DNA of 64,000 bases. It comes from Malacoraja senta (lineage: Eukaryota). The position numbers and the translations under genes are program-made. The DNA lies in contig CM075989.1 of NCBI GenBank assembly GCA_038087875.1, positions 5,828,001 to 5,892,000 on the forward strand. The letters run 5' to 3'. Below are positions 11,830 to 24,449 of the stretch, piece after piece; within the stretch, counting starts at the first letter, position 1, and the number at the start of each line of letters is the position of its first letter. The notes beneath the pieces are model-generated. The model made no database searches. It saw only the letters and a program-made list of their open reading frames with translations, and was not told the DNA's origin.

Positions 11830-12600
11830 ATCTAAGCTAGTCCCATTTGCCTGCTATTGACCCATATCCCGCTAAATCTTTCCTATCCATGTACCTGTAC
11901 CTTTTAAATGTTGTTATTGTACCTGCCTCAGCCGCCTCGTCTGGCAGCTTGTTCCATATACTTACCATATCCATGTAGACAAAGTTACTCGGAATCCTAT
12001 CAAATCTTTCCCCTCTCATCTTAAACCTATGTCATCTGGTTCTTGATTCCCCTATTCTGAGCAAAAGACTGTGTGTATTCACCCTGTGTAGAGTCATAGA
12101 GTCAGACATCGTGGAAGTAGACCCAACATGCCCACTCCGACCAACCTGTCTCATCGACACTAGTCTCACCTGCTTGTGTTTGGCCCATATCCCTCTAAAC
12201 CTGTCCTATCCATGTTTTTTGGATGTTCTTAAACGTTGCGATGGTACCTGTCTCAACCACCTCCTCTTGCAACTCGTTCCATACACCCACCACACTTTGT
12301 GTAAAAAGGTTACCCATCAGGCTCCTATTAAATCTTACCCCCCCCCTCACCTCAAACCTATGTCCTGTCGATTCTCCCACAAGTGTTCCCCTTATGATTT
12401 TCTACACCTCTATAAGATCATCCCTCAGCTTCCAGCACTCCAAGGAATAACCTCTGCCCAACCTCTCCCTACAGCTCACACACTCGAACCCTGGCAACTT
12501 TCTAGTAAACCTTCTGTGCACTCGTTCCATCTCAATGACATCCTCCCTATAGCCAGGTGACCAAAACTGAACACCGTACCCCAAATGTGGCCTCTCCAGT
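11830..12600 (-). mobile_element. Degenerate CR1 3' fragments
   Basis: Translations include YGVQFWSP.YREDVIEMERVHRRFTRKLPG and GNLFTQSVVGVWNEL. Confidence 0.75.
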
Positions 12601-13531
12601 GTCAGGCACAGGAGAACTTTATGACGAGGATTTGCAATGATATTTTCACTGCAGTGATACCTTCCTCGTGATACATTCCATAATGGTCATAGTAAAAGCA
12701 AAGACCGTTATCTCTACAGGCAGCATTTTGCAAGGTTTCTGAGAGAGGGCTAAGAAGAACCTCAACGCTAGCTCTGACAGATTTCCAGGCAGTTCTAAAG
12801 AAGCTGCCACCTCAAAGGAAGGAGAGATTAATTGCAGTGTTAACCTTGTATGCTGTCTATGTAGCTGTCCAAACTTCACTGTTCTTTACTGAATTACATT
12901 ATCTATTGTCGGTGCTGTTCTCAGGAGTGTTTTGCATTGAGCCAAGTGCCCAAGGTCAACCATTACCATGACAAAACCAGATGAAATGTGACCAGGGCAG
13001 GCAATAGTTCACTGATAGAGAACTTAATGCAACAGATATTTAATGACAGGACAAATTTCTTCTAAATGTGTTTTGTTTTGTCTCACATGGCTTTTATTTT
13101 TCAGATCACGATAGTTAGGATTCAGTCTGTTATATTTGTTCAATATTTAAGAACTGATGTCGAAGGAAGATTAAGATTGATTTGGTTTCATGCTATTTTA
13201 TGTGAGGTAAATTTCAGGTAAAAATAAATTGCAGAAGATTGTGGATGCAGCCCAGTCCGTCTCCACCATTGACTCTATCTCATAGAGAGTCATCGAGAGT
13301 CATAGAGTGAGCACTCTGTGACTCTACAAAGGGAAATTAAAGAGGGGAAGTGAAAATATTCCAGCCTGTATAGTCATTGAGTCATTGAATAGAGTCAACA
13401 TGGAAACAGGCCCTTCGGCCCAACTCGTCCATGCTAACCAAGATGCCCCATCTAAACTAGTCACACGTTTGGCCCATATCCCTCTAAACCTTTCCTATCT
13501 ATATACCTGTCCAAGTGACTTTTAAATGTTA

Positions 13532-13578
13532 CTAGACCAAGTGCAGACCCGTTGGGTCTGTTCCCCGAACGTGTGATT
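13532..13578 (-). mobile_element. Helitron 3' terminus
   Basis: Minus strand has the hairpin CAGACCC-AAC-GGGTCTG followed by CACTTGGTCTAG|T, the same end as at 20467. Confidence 0.7.
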
Positions 13579-14745
13579 GAGGGGGGGGGGGAGAGGGAGG
13601 GAGGGGGGAGAGGGAGGGGGGGAAGAGGGAGGGAGGGGGAGAGGGAGGGGGGGAGAGGAGGGGGGGGAGAGGGAGGGGGGGGAGAGGGAGGGGGGGGAGA
13701 GGGAGGGGGGAGAGGGAGGGGGGGGAGAGGGAGGGGGGGGAGAGGGAGGGGGGGAGAGGGAGGGGGGGGAGAGGGAGGGGGGGGAGAGGGAGGGGGGGGA
13801 GAGGGAGGGGGGGGAGAGGGAGGGGGGGGAGAGGGAGGGGGGGGAGAGGGAGGGGGGGGAGAGGGAGGGGGGGGAGAGGGAGGGGGGGGAGAGGGAGGGG
13901 GGGGAGAGGGAGGGGGGGGAGAGGGAGGGGGGGGAGAGGGAGGGGGGGGAGAGGGAGGGGGGGAGAGGGAGGGGGGGGAAGGGAGGGGGGGGAGAGGGAG
14001 GGGGGGAGAGGGAGGGGGGGGAGAGGGAGGGGGGGAGAGGGAGGGGGGGGAGAGGGAGGGGGGGGAGGGGGGGGAGGGGGGGAGGGGGGGGAGGGGGGGA
14101 GGGGGGGAGGGGGGGAGGGGGTGGAGGGGGTGGAGGGGGTGGAGGGGGTGGAGGGGGTGGAGGGGGGGAGGGGGGGGAGGGGGGGGAGGGGGGGGAGGGG
14201 GGGGAGGGGGGGGGAGGGGGGGGGAGGGGGGAGGGAGGGGGGGAGGGGGGGAGGGAGGGGAGGGGGGGAGGGGGGGAGGGGGGGAGGGGGGGAGGGGGGG
14301 AGAGAGGGAGGGAGGGAGGGGGGGGGAGAGAGGGAGGGGGGGGAGAGAGGGAGGGGGGGGGAGAGAGGGAGGGGGGGGGAGAGAGGGAGGGGGGGGGAGA
14401 GAGGGAGGGGGGGGGGAGAGAGGGAGGGGGGGGGGAGAGAGGGAGGGGGGGGGAGAGAGGGAGGGGGGGGGGGGGGGGGGAGAGGGGAGGGGAGGGGAGA
14501 GGGAGGGGGGGAGGGGAGAGGGAGGGGGGGGGAGAGGGAGGGGGGGGAGAGGGGGAGGGGGGGAGAGGGAGGGAGGGAGGGGGGGGAGAGGGAGGGGAGG
14601 GGGGGAGGGGAGGGGGGGAGGGAGGGGAGGGGGGGGAGAGGGAGGGGAGGGGTGAGGGGGGTGGATGGAGGAGAGAAGGGGGGTGGAGAAGGGGGGGGGT
14701 GAAGGGGGTGGGAGAAGAGGGGGGGGTGGGGGGAGAGGGGGGGTT
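13579..14745 (+). repeat. 1.2-kb G/A polypurine low-complexity tract
   Basis: Nearly all G and A, with arrays of the 15-mer GAGGGAGGGGGGGGA and a short (GGAGGGGGT)n block. Confidence 0.95.
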
Positions 14746-15100
14746 GTTACCGAACTCAGCGGGACAGGCAGCATCTCTGGAGGGAAGGAATGGCTAACGT
14801 TTCGGATCGAGACCCTTCTTCAGACTGATGTCAGGGGAGAGGGTGGTACAGAGATAAAATGTAGTCAGAGACCTTATGATTGGTCAGAGAACTGGGAAGG
14901 AGGAGGGGATGGAGGGAGAAGGAGAGCAAGGGCTACTTGAAGTTGGAGAAGTCAATGTTTATACCACTGGGGTGTAAGCTACCCGAGCAAAATATGAGGT
15001 GCTAATTTGTGCTGGGCCCCACTCTGACAATGGGGGAGGCCCAGGTTTTTTGGTCGAGACCCTTCTTCAGACTGATATGTCAGGGGAGTGGGTGGTACAG
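14746..15100 (-). mobile_element. Penelope-like 3' fragments
   Basis: Two GACCCTTCTTCAGACTGAT LTR motifs and an endonuclease C-terminal remnant (GAGAAGTCAATGTTTATACC). Confidence 0.7.
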
Positions 15101-15230
15101 AGATACGGTATTTGTCACTAAGGCCATTCCCTCTTCTTCCCCCTCCGCAGAGAAGATACAAACCAATGGATTTAGGAACAGCTTCTTCCCCGCTGTTATC
15201 AGATTCTTGAATGCACCTCTCGTAAGCTAA

Positions 15231-15621
15231 AGCCCCTGTCCCACTTAGGAGACCTGAACAGCAACCTCTGGTGACCTTGCCCGCCACCCAAGGTTTCCAT
15301 GAGGTCACCGGAGGTTTTGGTCACTCTCTCTAATGGTCGAAAGTGGTTTCCGCGTGGTCGAGGCTTCATCTAGGTTGCTGCTATTTTTTCATCATGATTT
15401 AAACCGACCTCGACTAAAAATAGGTTGCCGTTTTAAAAATCGATCATTTTTTAGTCGCAGGTCTAGTCGAAGCCGTTTTTCTTCATAGTCGTGGAAGGTT
15501 TTCAACATATGCATGGGAGGTGGTAGGAAGTTGCAAGTCACCTCGACCTTGATTTTTGTTTTGGGTGGCGGGCAAGGTCACCAGAGGTTGCTGTTTGGGT
15601 CTCCTAAGTGGGTCGGGGGCT
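15231..15621. mobile_element. PIF/Harbinger-type MITE
   Basis: About 60-bp TIRs starting AGCCCCTGTCCCACTTAGGAGACC, with TAA TSD at 15228-30 and 15622-24. Confidence 0.85.
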
Positions 15622-15899
15622 TAAGGATGCACTCACGATCTCATAATCTATCTTACTGCAGCCTTGTACATTTTTATCTGTACTTCCTCTGTGGCTGTTA
15701 CACTATAGTCTGCACTCTGTTTCTTTGTCTTTTGCACCACATCATGTTCATAAATTCATGTGATATGAGCAGAAATTAGGCCATTCAGCCCATCAAGTCA
15801 ACTCCACCATTCAATCATGGCTGATCTATCTTTCCCTCTCAACCCCATTCTCTAGACTTCTCCTCATAAACCTGACACCCGTACCAATCAAGAATCTGT

Positions 15900-16099
15900 N
15901 NNNNNNNNNNNNNNNNNNNNNNNNNNNNNNNNNNNNNNNNNNNNNNNNNNNNNNNNNNNNNNNNNNNNNNNNNNNNNNNNNNNNNNNNNNNNNNNNNNNN
16001 NNNNNNNNNNNNNNNNNNNNNNNNNNNNNNNNNNNNNNNNNNNNNNNNNNNNNNNNNNNNNNNNNNNNNNNNNNNNNNNNNNNNNNNNNNNNNNNNNNN
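15900..16099. other. Assembly gap (200 N)
   Basis: Run of N. Confidence 1.
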
Positions 16100-16950
16100 A
16101 TACCCCGTGACTCTGCTCTCACTCCCCATACCCCCACTCGTAACAAGGGCAGAGTCCACCTTGCCCTCACCTTCCACCCTACCAGCCGTCCCATACAACA
16201 AATCCTCCGACATTTTCGCCACCTCCAATGTGATCCCACCACTTGCCACATCTGCCCATTTCTTCCGCTGTCTGCTTTCCGCAGGGACCGCTCCCTCCGT
16301 AACTCCCTGGTCAATTCTTCCCTTCCCACCCGAACCGCCCCCTCTCTGGGCACTTGCCCTGGCAACCACAGGAAATGCTACACTTGTCGCTTTACCTCCC
16401 CCCTTGACTCCATTCAAGGACCCAAGCAGTCTTTCCAGATGCGGCAGAGGTTCACCTGCATCTCCTCCAACCTCATCGATTGCATCCGCTGCTCTAGATG
16501 TCAGCTGCTCTACATCGATGAGACCAAACGTAGCCTTGGCAATCGCTTCGCCGAACACCTCCGCTTGGTTCGCAATAACCAGCCTGATGTCCCGGTGGCT
16601 CAGCACTTCAACTCTCCCTCCCATTCCAAATCTGACCTTTCTGTCCGACCTGGGCCTCCTCCATGTCCTGAGTGAGGACCACCATAAATTGGAGGAGCAG
16701 ATATTTCGCTTGGGCAGTTTGCACCCCAGCAGTATGAACATTGACTTCTCTAATTTCAGGTAGTCCCTACTTTCTCCTCCCCATCTCAGCTCTCCCTCAG
16801 CCCACTGGCTCCATCTCTTCCTTTCTTCTTCCCGCCCCCCCACCCTCACATCAGTCTGAAGAAGGGTCTCGACCTGAAACGTTGCCTATTTCCTTCGCCC
16901 CGTGGATGCTGCCTCACCCGCTGAGTTTCTCCAGCATTTTTGTCTACCTC
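16100..16950 (+). mobile_element. Penelope-like retrotransposon 3' part: GIY-YIG endonuclease remnant plus pseudo-LTR
   Basis: Translates as RQRFTCISSNLIDCIRCSRCQLLYIDETKRSLGNRFAEH..VAQHFNSPSH (frameshifted), followed by CTGAAGAAGGGTCTCGACCTGAAACGTT. Confidence 0.9.
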
Positions 16951-16959
16951 CAGAGATGA

Positions 16960-17180
16960 TGTTTAGTTTAGGTTGGAGATACAGCATGGAAACAGGCCCT
17001 TCGGTTGACCGTCGATCGTCCGCCCACACTAGTTCTGTTGTCCCAGTTTCGCACCTTCTCCCTGCACACTAGGATGGATTTGTAGAGGACAACCAACCTA
17101 CAAACGCGCACGTCCCTGGGATGTGGGAGGAAACCGGAGAACCCGGAGAAAAACCGACGCACGCGGACACAGGGAGAAAG
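16960..17180 (-). mobile_element. HE1-like V-SINE, partial
   Basis: Tail and V-domain motifs present. Confidence 0.7.
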
Positions 17181-17880
17181 CGGGGGGGGGGGGGGGTACT
17201 GATTTTGGATGATCAGCCATGATCACATTGAATGGCGGTGCTGGCTCGAAGGGCCTGATAGCCAACTCCTGCACCTATATTCTATGTTTCTATGTTTCTA
17301 TTTGGGATCCCGTGATTCAGAATTAGAAGCATGGAATGCAAGAACAGGCAGGTTATGTTGGTAGACAAAAGTGCTGGAGAAACTCAGCGGGTGCGACAGC
17401 ATCTATGGAGCGAAGGAATTAGGCAACGTTTCGGGCCGAAACCCTTCTTCAGGTTATGTTGGATGTGAACAGAACACAGATTGGGCCACAAGTGGAATAT
17501 GAGGTACAATTAGAACTTATAACCCATCGGTATGAACATTGAATTCTCCAATTCTCTAACAACCCTCCTCCCCTTCCCCTCCTTCTCCACCACACCCCAC
17601 ACCCTCCCTTTATTCCCACCTCCCTCCATCTCCAGTGCCCCATCTGGACCTGCATCCCTATTAATCCCCCTGTTCCTTCCCCTTCTCCTATATTCCTTCC
17701 TCCAGCTTCACAATTTGCAACTCTTCCATCCTTCATTCTCACACCTGCTTTCATCTCTGGCCTTTGTTCCAGCCATCTTCCTATCAACCGCCCCTTGGCC
17801 GAGCCCGCACATTACCTGCCTTGCTTTGTCCTGCCTGTCCTCTCTACAAGGCTCTCCTCTTTCCAGTTAAGATCTGAGCG

Positions 17881-18435
17881 TAATTTGAGGAAGGACATCC
17901 TAATTTGAGGAAGGACATCCTTGTGATTGAGGCAGTGCAGCGTAGGTTCATGAGATTGATCCCTGGGATGGCGGGACTGTCATATGAGGAAAGATTGAAA
18001 AGACTAGGCTTGTATTCACTGGAGTTTAGAAGGATGAGGGGGAATCTTTTAGAAACATATAAAATTATAAAAGGACTGGACAAGCTAGATGCAGGAAAAA
18101 TGTTCCCAATGTTGGGCGAGTCCAGAACCAGGGGCCACAGTCTTAGAATAAAGGGGAGGCCATTTAAGACTGAGGTGAGAAAACCCTTTTTCACCCAGAG
18201 AGTTGTGAATTTGTGGAATTCCCTGCCACAGAGGGCAGTGGAGGCCGAATCACTGGATGGATTTAAGAGAGAGTTACATAGAGCTCTAGGGGCTAGTGGA
18301 ATTAAGGGATATGGGGAGAAGGCATGCACGGGTTATTGATTGGGGACGATCAGCCATGATCACAATGAATGGCGGTGCTGGCTCATAGGGCCGAATGGCC
18401 TCCTCCTGCACCTATTTTCTATCTTTCTATGTTTC
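17881..18435 (+). mobile_element. CR1 LINE 3' fragment
   Basis: 144-aa ORF2 C-terminus (LRKDILVIEAVQRRF..FFTQRVVNLWNSLP..GYGEKA) and a TTTCTAT-type tail. Confidence 0.92.
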
Positions 18436-18849
18436 CAAGTAACGGTAGAATAAACTGAGGATTTTACTATAATCCAATCAATTTTTTTCCCGATTCTTCA
18501 CCAGAAGAATATCAGCAAAATGGACAAGAAAATCAGAATAATAAGAAATTATAGTTTATAATCCCAGGTCCAAATCCTTGTTTCACCATACCAACATTCA
18601 TATTATTTCAAGAAGCTGTCCAAACAGTTCAGTGTGTCTCCACATGGGGGCACTCCACCTCTTATTACTGAGCGTTGGATGTGATGAGGCTGGAAATGGG
18701 GACAAGACAGGGACAGCACAGTTAAACAGAAAGGAAGAAGCCTTCACATGCAGAAACACCTGGGGACATGTTTAAACTGACTAATGCCTTCTCCACTCGG
18801 GGATACAAGGTACAACAAAAGGTTGCATTTAAATAGCATCACAACTGCG

Positions 18850-19357
18850 GAGGTTTTGGGCCCCATATCTGAGGAAGGATGTGCCGGCCTTGGAGAGTGT
18901 CCAGATGAGGTTTAAGAGAATGATCCCAGGAACGATTGCGTTAACATATAATGAGCATTCGACAGCAGTTTAGAAGGATGAGGGGCAAACCTCATTTAAA
19001 CTTACCAAATAGTGAAAGGACTGGGTAGAGAGGATGTGGAGAGGATGTTTCCATTAGTGGGAGATTCTAGGACCAGAGGCCACAGCCTCAGAATAAAAGG
19101 ACCTAACTTTAGAAAAGAGATTAGGATGAATTTCAGTCAGAGGGTGGTGAATCTGTGGAATCCATTGCCACAGAAGGCTTTGGAGGCCAAGTCAAAGGAT
19201 CTTTAATGCAGAGATTGACAGATTCTTGATTAGTACAGGTGTCAGGGCTTATGGGGAGAAGGCATGAGAATGGGGTTGAGAGAGAAGGATAGATCAGCCA
19301 TGGTTGAGTAGACTTGATGGGCTGAATGGCCTAATTCTGCTCCTAGAACTTATGAAC
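18850..19357 (+). mobile_element. CR1 LINE 3' fragment (subfamily with CTTATGAA-type tail)
   Basis: Translates as KGL.REDVERMFPLVGDSRTRGHSLRIKG..SQRVVNLWN. Confidence 0.85.
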
Positions 19358-20767
19358 TAATGAAGGGACAAAGGCCAATATCCTCACTCTGCTCCCTCTG
19401 AGTTCCCACCAAAACACACATAGCCTCCTCTATATTTGTTTAGTTTAGTTTAGTTTAGAGATACAGTGCAGAAACAGGCCCTTCGGCCCACCGAGTCCGC
19501 ACCGACTAGCAATCCCCGCATATTAACACTCTCCTACACACACTAGGGATAATTTTCACATTTACCAAGCCAATTTACCTGTACGTCTTTGGAATGTGGG
19601 AGGTGTCCAACATTATGAGGAGCATAGCCATTGAGAAACCTTTGCCCTGAGAAAATGGTGGCTCTCACCAGAGGGCAATGGTTAAGTTCAACCTTTACAA
19701 CCTTCACAACATTTAAGAAATACTAGACCAAGTGTCACACGGGAGGAGTGGTCCCCGAACGCAATATTCCACCACTCACCCATAGCCCCCAACTGCGCAG
19801 GCTTGGCTGGGTTCCCGTTTTGATGCCAGAGATCCGCGTTGTGTCACACGTCACGGCAACCCTCCCCAGGTTCACCTCGCCATCCCTCTTCCTACCCCTA
19901 TCCTCCTCCATTCCCCCTCATCCCCCTTCTCCCCCCTCCTCTTCACCCTCCCTCTTCATTCCCTTCTCCTCCTCCCCTCCACCACTCCCTCCCTCACATC
20001 TTTCCCCCTCTCATTTCCCTTACCCTCAGTCACTCCCTCCCTCCCTCCATAACCCCTCTCCCCTCCCTAACCCCCTTGACATTATTGTGAGGTAGAAGCT
20101 GCTGTGTTTTTGAAAATTTAGTTTTTTTTAAATATAAATGAGATCCCATTGTGATGTAATTGTGGGGTGGGACACTGCTGACGGGCAGTTTATGTAAATG
20201 AGATCCCATTGTGACGTCATACGCTGCTGACTGCCAGTGCAGATGGAAGAGATTTTTGTCAAATTGGTTTTTGTAAAGTTTAAAATGTGAATAATTTGTA
20301 AAATATACCATAAATCTGAACAATACTTGATACACCACACCACAGGACAACGGTGAGTAAGGTGGGCCAAATAGCGCTTTCGTGTACTGTTTTGGTGTAA
20401 TTTCAGGATCACACACATCACAGACACAGACATAATAAGAAACAAGATGAGAGTTTTAGTAATATACTAGACCAAGTGGGACCCGTTGGGTCCTTGTCAA
20501 ACGGGAGGCCTGGTCCCCCAACGCATTATTCCACCACTCACCCATAGCCCCCACGGCAGGCCTGGTCCCCCAATGCAACCTGTTCCCCAAAGCAATATTC
20601 CACCCATTCCCCCAATACAAGCCGTTCCCCCAACGCAATATTCCAGCACTCACCCATAGCCCCCAACTGCACAGGGGCGGCTCATCTCCCCTTATTCACC
20701 CTCCCTCATTAAACTTAAAAAAAAATCCTTGCTGCCAGGAAAATAATAAAAGGGATGGCAACATTAT

Positions 20768-21060
20768 AGACAATAGACAATAGACAATAGGTGCAGGAAT
20801 AGGCAATTCGGCCCTTCGAGCCAGCACCGCCATTTAATGTGATCATGGCTGATCATCCCCAATCTGTACCCCGTTCCTGCCTTCTCCCCATATCCCCTGA
20901 CTCCGCTATCTTGAAGAGCCCTATCTAGCTCTCTCTTGAAAGTATCCAGAGAACCGGCCTTCACCCCCCTCTGAGGCAGAGAATTCCACAGACTCACAAC
21001 TCTCTGAGAGAAAAAGTGTTTCCTCATCTCCGTTCTAAATGGATTACCCCTTATTCTTAA
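20768..21060 (-). mobile_element. CR1 3' fragment inserted in the Helitron
   Basis: Translates as RKHFFSQRVVSLWNSLPQR; (CAATAGA)n tail on the + strand. Confidence 0.85.
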
Positions 21061-21393
21061 TTACCCCTTACATTGTAGCTTGCAATTGCACTTGCTGATG
21101 CTGGCAGGACTCAGTATCCTGGGATAGCAACTTTGTAGCGAACAGGCCTACAATCCCATTGTGCCGTCATAGCTGTAAGTGGCAGTGCAGAGGAAAGAAA
21201 GTTTTTCTCAAATTGGGGTTTTGTAAATTTAAAAATGTGAATAACTTGTGAAATATAACATCAATCTGAATAAAACTTGATGCAAACTACCACATGACAA
21301 TTGTGAGTGAGGTGGTCCAAAAATTGAGCGTTATTGTGTTCGGATTTGGCGTAATTTGACGACATCACCGAAACAGAGATCACAGACAGGCAT

Positions 21394-21506
<113 letters not shown>

Positions 21507-21599
21507 AACAAACAAGATGAGAATTTCAGTATAATAGAAGATAGATTTGAAAGAGCATTTGAAATGTCTATAGCAACTATAGCACATTCCTTTGTTTTT

Positions 21600-22290
21600 T
21601 GTATAAAAATTAAAAAAAATTGGAATTAAATATTTGAAATTTTTACAAAATTATTTAAAATAAAACTGAAGCGGAACGCAGAATTGATTATTTTTGGAAC
21701 AATGGAAGCCAGCTTTGAGCTGACTTCGTTCCAAAAGAGCTTCCTTAATTACGGCTTAATAATGGCAAAAAAACTTATACTTAAATTCTGGGAAAACGCT
21801 CCCACACCAACGATAAAAATGTGGATTTCAAATATGTCCAAAATGTTACACCTAGAAGACATGAGATTCCTCCTAGCAGGTAAATCAGACCATTTCCAAA
21901 AGATTTGGTCGCCATTTATCGACTTATTACAAGCATAGGGTGCAACATAACTTTGAAAATAACTGGTTTCAGGACCTGGTGAGGGGTGTGTAAAGATACG
22001 AAGTAGGTACATCCCTTTTATCTTATATTACTTTCTTATATCTTCTGTTTTCTATTTTTCTCTTTCTTTTCCTTTGGTTTTCTTTTTAACTCTTTCTCGT
22101 GGTTTACGTTTCTACGGGTTTCTCCTGATCACTCTTTCACGCACTTACTATCTTATCTAACTCTCTCTATTCTTCTCCTTTTTAAAGTTTAAAACAAGAA
22201 GTGGTACAGGAAATGTATTATGTTATTTTTGGCTTATATCACTGTAATGTACATTACTTCTAATAAATAAAATATTTAAAAAAAAAAGAA
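21600..22290 (+). mobile_element. L1-clade LINE 3' end
   Basis: Translates as GLIMAKKLILKFWENAPTPTIKMWISNMSKMLHLE..FQKIWSPF, typical of fish L1 ORF2 C-termini. It has a T-rich 3' UTR, AATAAA and an A-tail at about 22264-22288. Confidence 0.75.
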
Positions 22291-22559
22291 ATGTCAAAAA
22301 GACTCAGGCCCAAATGCTGAAAAATGGGACTAGTCTAGATAGATACGTAATGACCAGCACAGACATGACGGGCCAAAGGGCCTGTTTCCATACCATTGTC
22401 TATACGTACATCAGGAATTTATGGACCCAGTGATAGCATTGAGGAAATTAACTCACTGTGCCAGCTGGGAGACCTTGGATTGGAGCCAGTGATTCTGGAG
22501 TGATGTGCGTGCGGCTGTGGGCAGTGCCAGGTACCAGGGTGGAACCTGTGATCTGAATC

Positions 22560-22866
22560 AGGCAAGAGGTGCAGAAGTGTGAAAACGCACACTACCAGTT
22601 TCTTCTCAGCTGTTATCAGGCAACTGAACCATCCTACCAACAACAAGAGAGTGGTCCTGAGCTACCATCTACCTCATTGGAGACCCTCAGACTATCTTTA
22701 ATTGGACTCTACTGGAATTTTCACAATATTCCATTTACCATGTACCTGTAAACCGTGGTCGGCTCGATTGTAATCATGTATAGACTGTCCGCTGACTGGT
22801 TAGCACGCAAATAAAGCTTTTCACTGTACCTTGGTTCACATGACAATAAACTAAACTAAACTAAAC
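22560..22866 (+). mobile_element. Rex1/Babar-type 3' tail fragment
   Basis: GCTGTTATCAGGCAACTGAAC..TTTTCACTGTACCTTGG..CATGACAATAAA(CTAAA)n; homologous to 7780-8065 and 63700-63900. Confidence 0.65.
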
Positions 22867-22902
22867 TAATTAAGTGTCTCAGGGTTAGCGTATGCCTCAG
22901 GG

Positions 22903-23202
22903 AGGCACGTGGTGCAGCGGTAGAGTTGCTGCCTTATAGCCCCAGAGACCTGGGTTCCATCCTGACTACGGGTGCTGTCTGTATGGAGTTTGCACGTTCT
23001 CCCCGTGACCACGTGGGTTTTCCCCAGGTGCTCCGGTTTCCTCCCATACCCCAGAGACGCACAGGTTTGTGGGTTAATTGGCTTCCGTAAATTGTCACCC
23101 GTGCGTAGGATAGTGCTGGAGTACGGGGTGATCGCTGGTCAGTGCGGACTGAGTGGGCCGAAGGGCCTGTTTCCACGCCGTGTCTCTAAACGAAACTAAA
23201 CA
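22903..23202 (+). mobile_element. HE1-like V-SINE (full length)
   Basis: GGCACG.GGTGCAGCGGTAGAGTTGCTGCC..GGTTCCATCC..GGGCCGAAGGGCCTGTTTCC..CTAAAC. Confidence 0.9.
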
Positions 23203-24046
23203 AAAGACTGGAGCTCCCACGTGCGCCAAAATGCATGGGAAACCGCAATCATGAGTCAGTCGCTACTTATTCACCTTAAGCCGAGGAATCGTGATTAACA
23301 CTGGGCTATTTCGGAGAGGGAGCAGGGGTGGTTCTGAGGTCCTGTGGAAGGAAGAGACGACTTCACTGTATAATAAGAAACTGACTTCAAATAGCTAATA
23401 AAAAAATCCCTCCAGCTTACTCACATCTGCTTACAAATTGCCAATCTATTAAATAATTATTACTCATGAGTTCATAGGGACAACAGCTGTATCCTGCTGA
23501 ACACACTGACCCACACAGGCTCCAGCTGCTCTCCACTGAAACCCTGTGTTCCCTGGTGTAATGTGCCTTTTCTTTCCATGGGCCCCTCATCTGTTTAAAC
23601 CATACAGCTTCCATGTGTGAGAGACTTATTTTGGTCGAGGACCTGTCTGTATTTTGCATTCTTCGCCACTGTATATTTTCTCTCACAGTATCGCTGTCAC
23701 TGCCCTGTCTCTGGGTTCATCTGGTGGAGAGATTTGGCCGTTTTCACGTTGCCCCTCTCTCTCTCACTCAGCATCCCGTACTCTCCCACTCCGTTTCTCC
23801 CCTTTGCCTTTTCTTCCCCCGGCGTTCCCTATTCCTTTCAAAGCGCACCGGTCCTGACCCACGGCTGATTTACGCCAGGTGACGTGGTAGCCTCTTTGGT
23901 AGTGATGTGTCTAATTTACTGTACCCTATTCACTGCATGCAGTCTAGTGAGTGGATCCGAAGACATGAGTTCAAATCCCACCACAGAAGCTCGGGAGTTT
24001 AAATTCAAGCAAGTAAATCCATTTAGGGGTTTGTTTACAAATGGTA

Positions 24047-24274
24047 AGGGCCTGTCCCACTTGGCCGCCATTTGCGCGTCACGCAGATGGCGCGCGAAGA
24101 TTTTATACATCACGAAATCCTGCGACGCCGCCGCGCGTCACTGTCTATGTCATCATGCGCCATGCGCGTGGAATGCGCACCACGTGCGTGTCACAAAGCG
24201 CGCGTCGTTGGTCGTGACGCGTAAATTATGTTGCGTAAATTACGGGCAAATGCCAACCAAGTGGGACAGGCCCT
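24047..24274. mobile_element. PIF/Harbinger-type MITE, family A (inverted relative to 11003)
   Basis: Perfect TIRs AGGGCCTGTCCCACTTGG and CCAAGTGGGACAGGCCCT, with 3-bp TSD GTA. Confidence 0.9.
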
Positions 24275-24337
24275 GTAAGGTTTGAAATGGTACAACAAAA
24301 TCAGTAGTTTGTCACGATGTCTGACAATAGTGGAAGT

Positions 24338-24433
24338 CTGCCCTCCTTACTTCTGCCCTCCTTACTTCTGCCCTCCTTACTTCTGCCCTCCTTACTTCTG
24401 CCCTCCTTACTTCTGCCCTCCTTACTTCTGCCC
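24338..24433 (+). repeat. Minisatellite, 15-bp unit CTGCCCTCCTTACTT x about 6.4
   Basis: Perfect tandem copies. Confidence 0.95.
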
Positions 24434-24449
24434 GACTTTAGATTAATTT

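Noticed and set aside
13461..14797. 437-aa poly-Pro and Gly/Glu/Arg-rich ORFs
   Set aside because: Translations of a G/A low-complexity tract that lacks stop codons by composition.
15826..16849. Long minus-strand ORFs
   Set aside because: They run through the N gap and antisense to a Penelope fragment.
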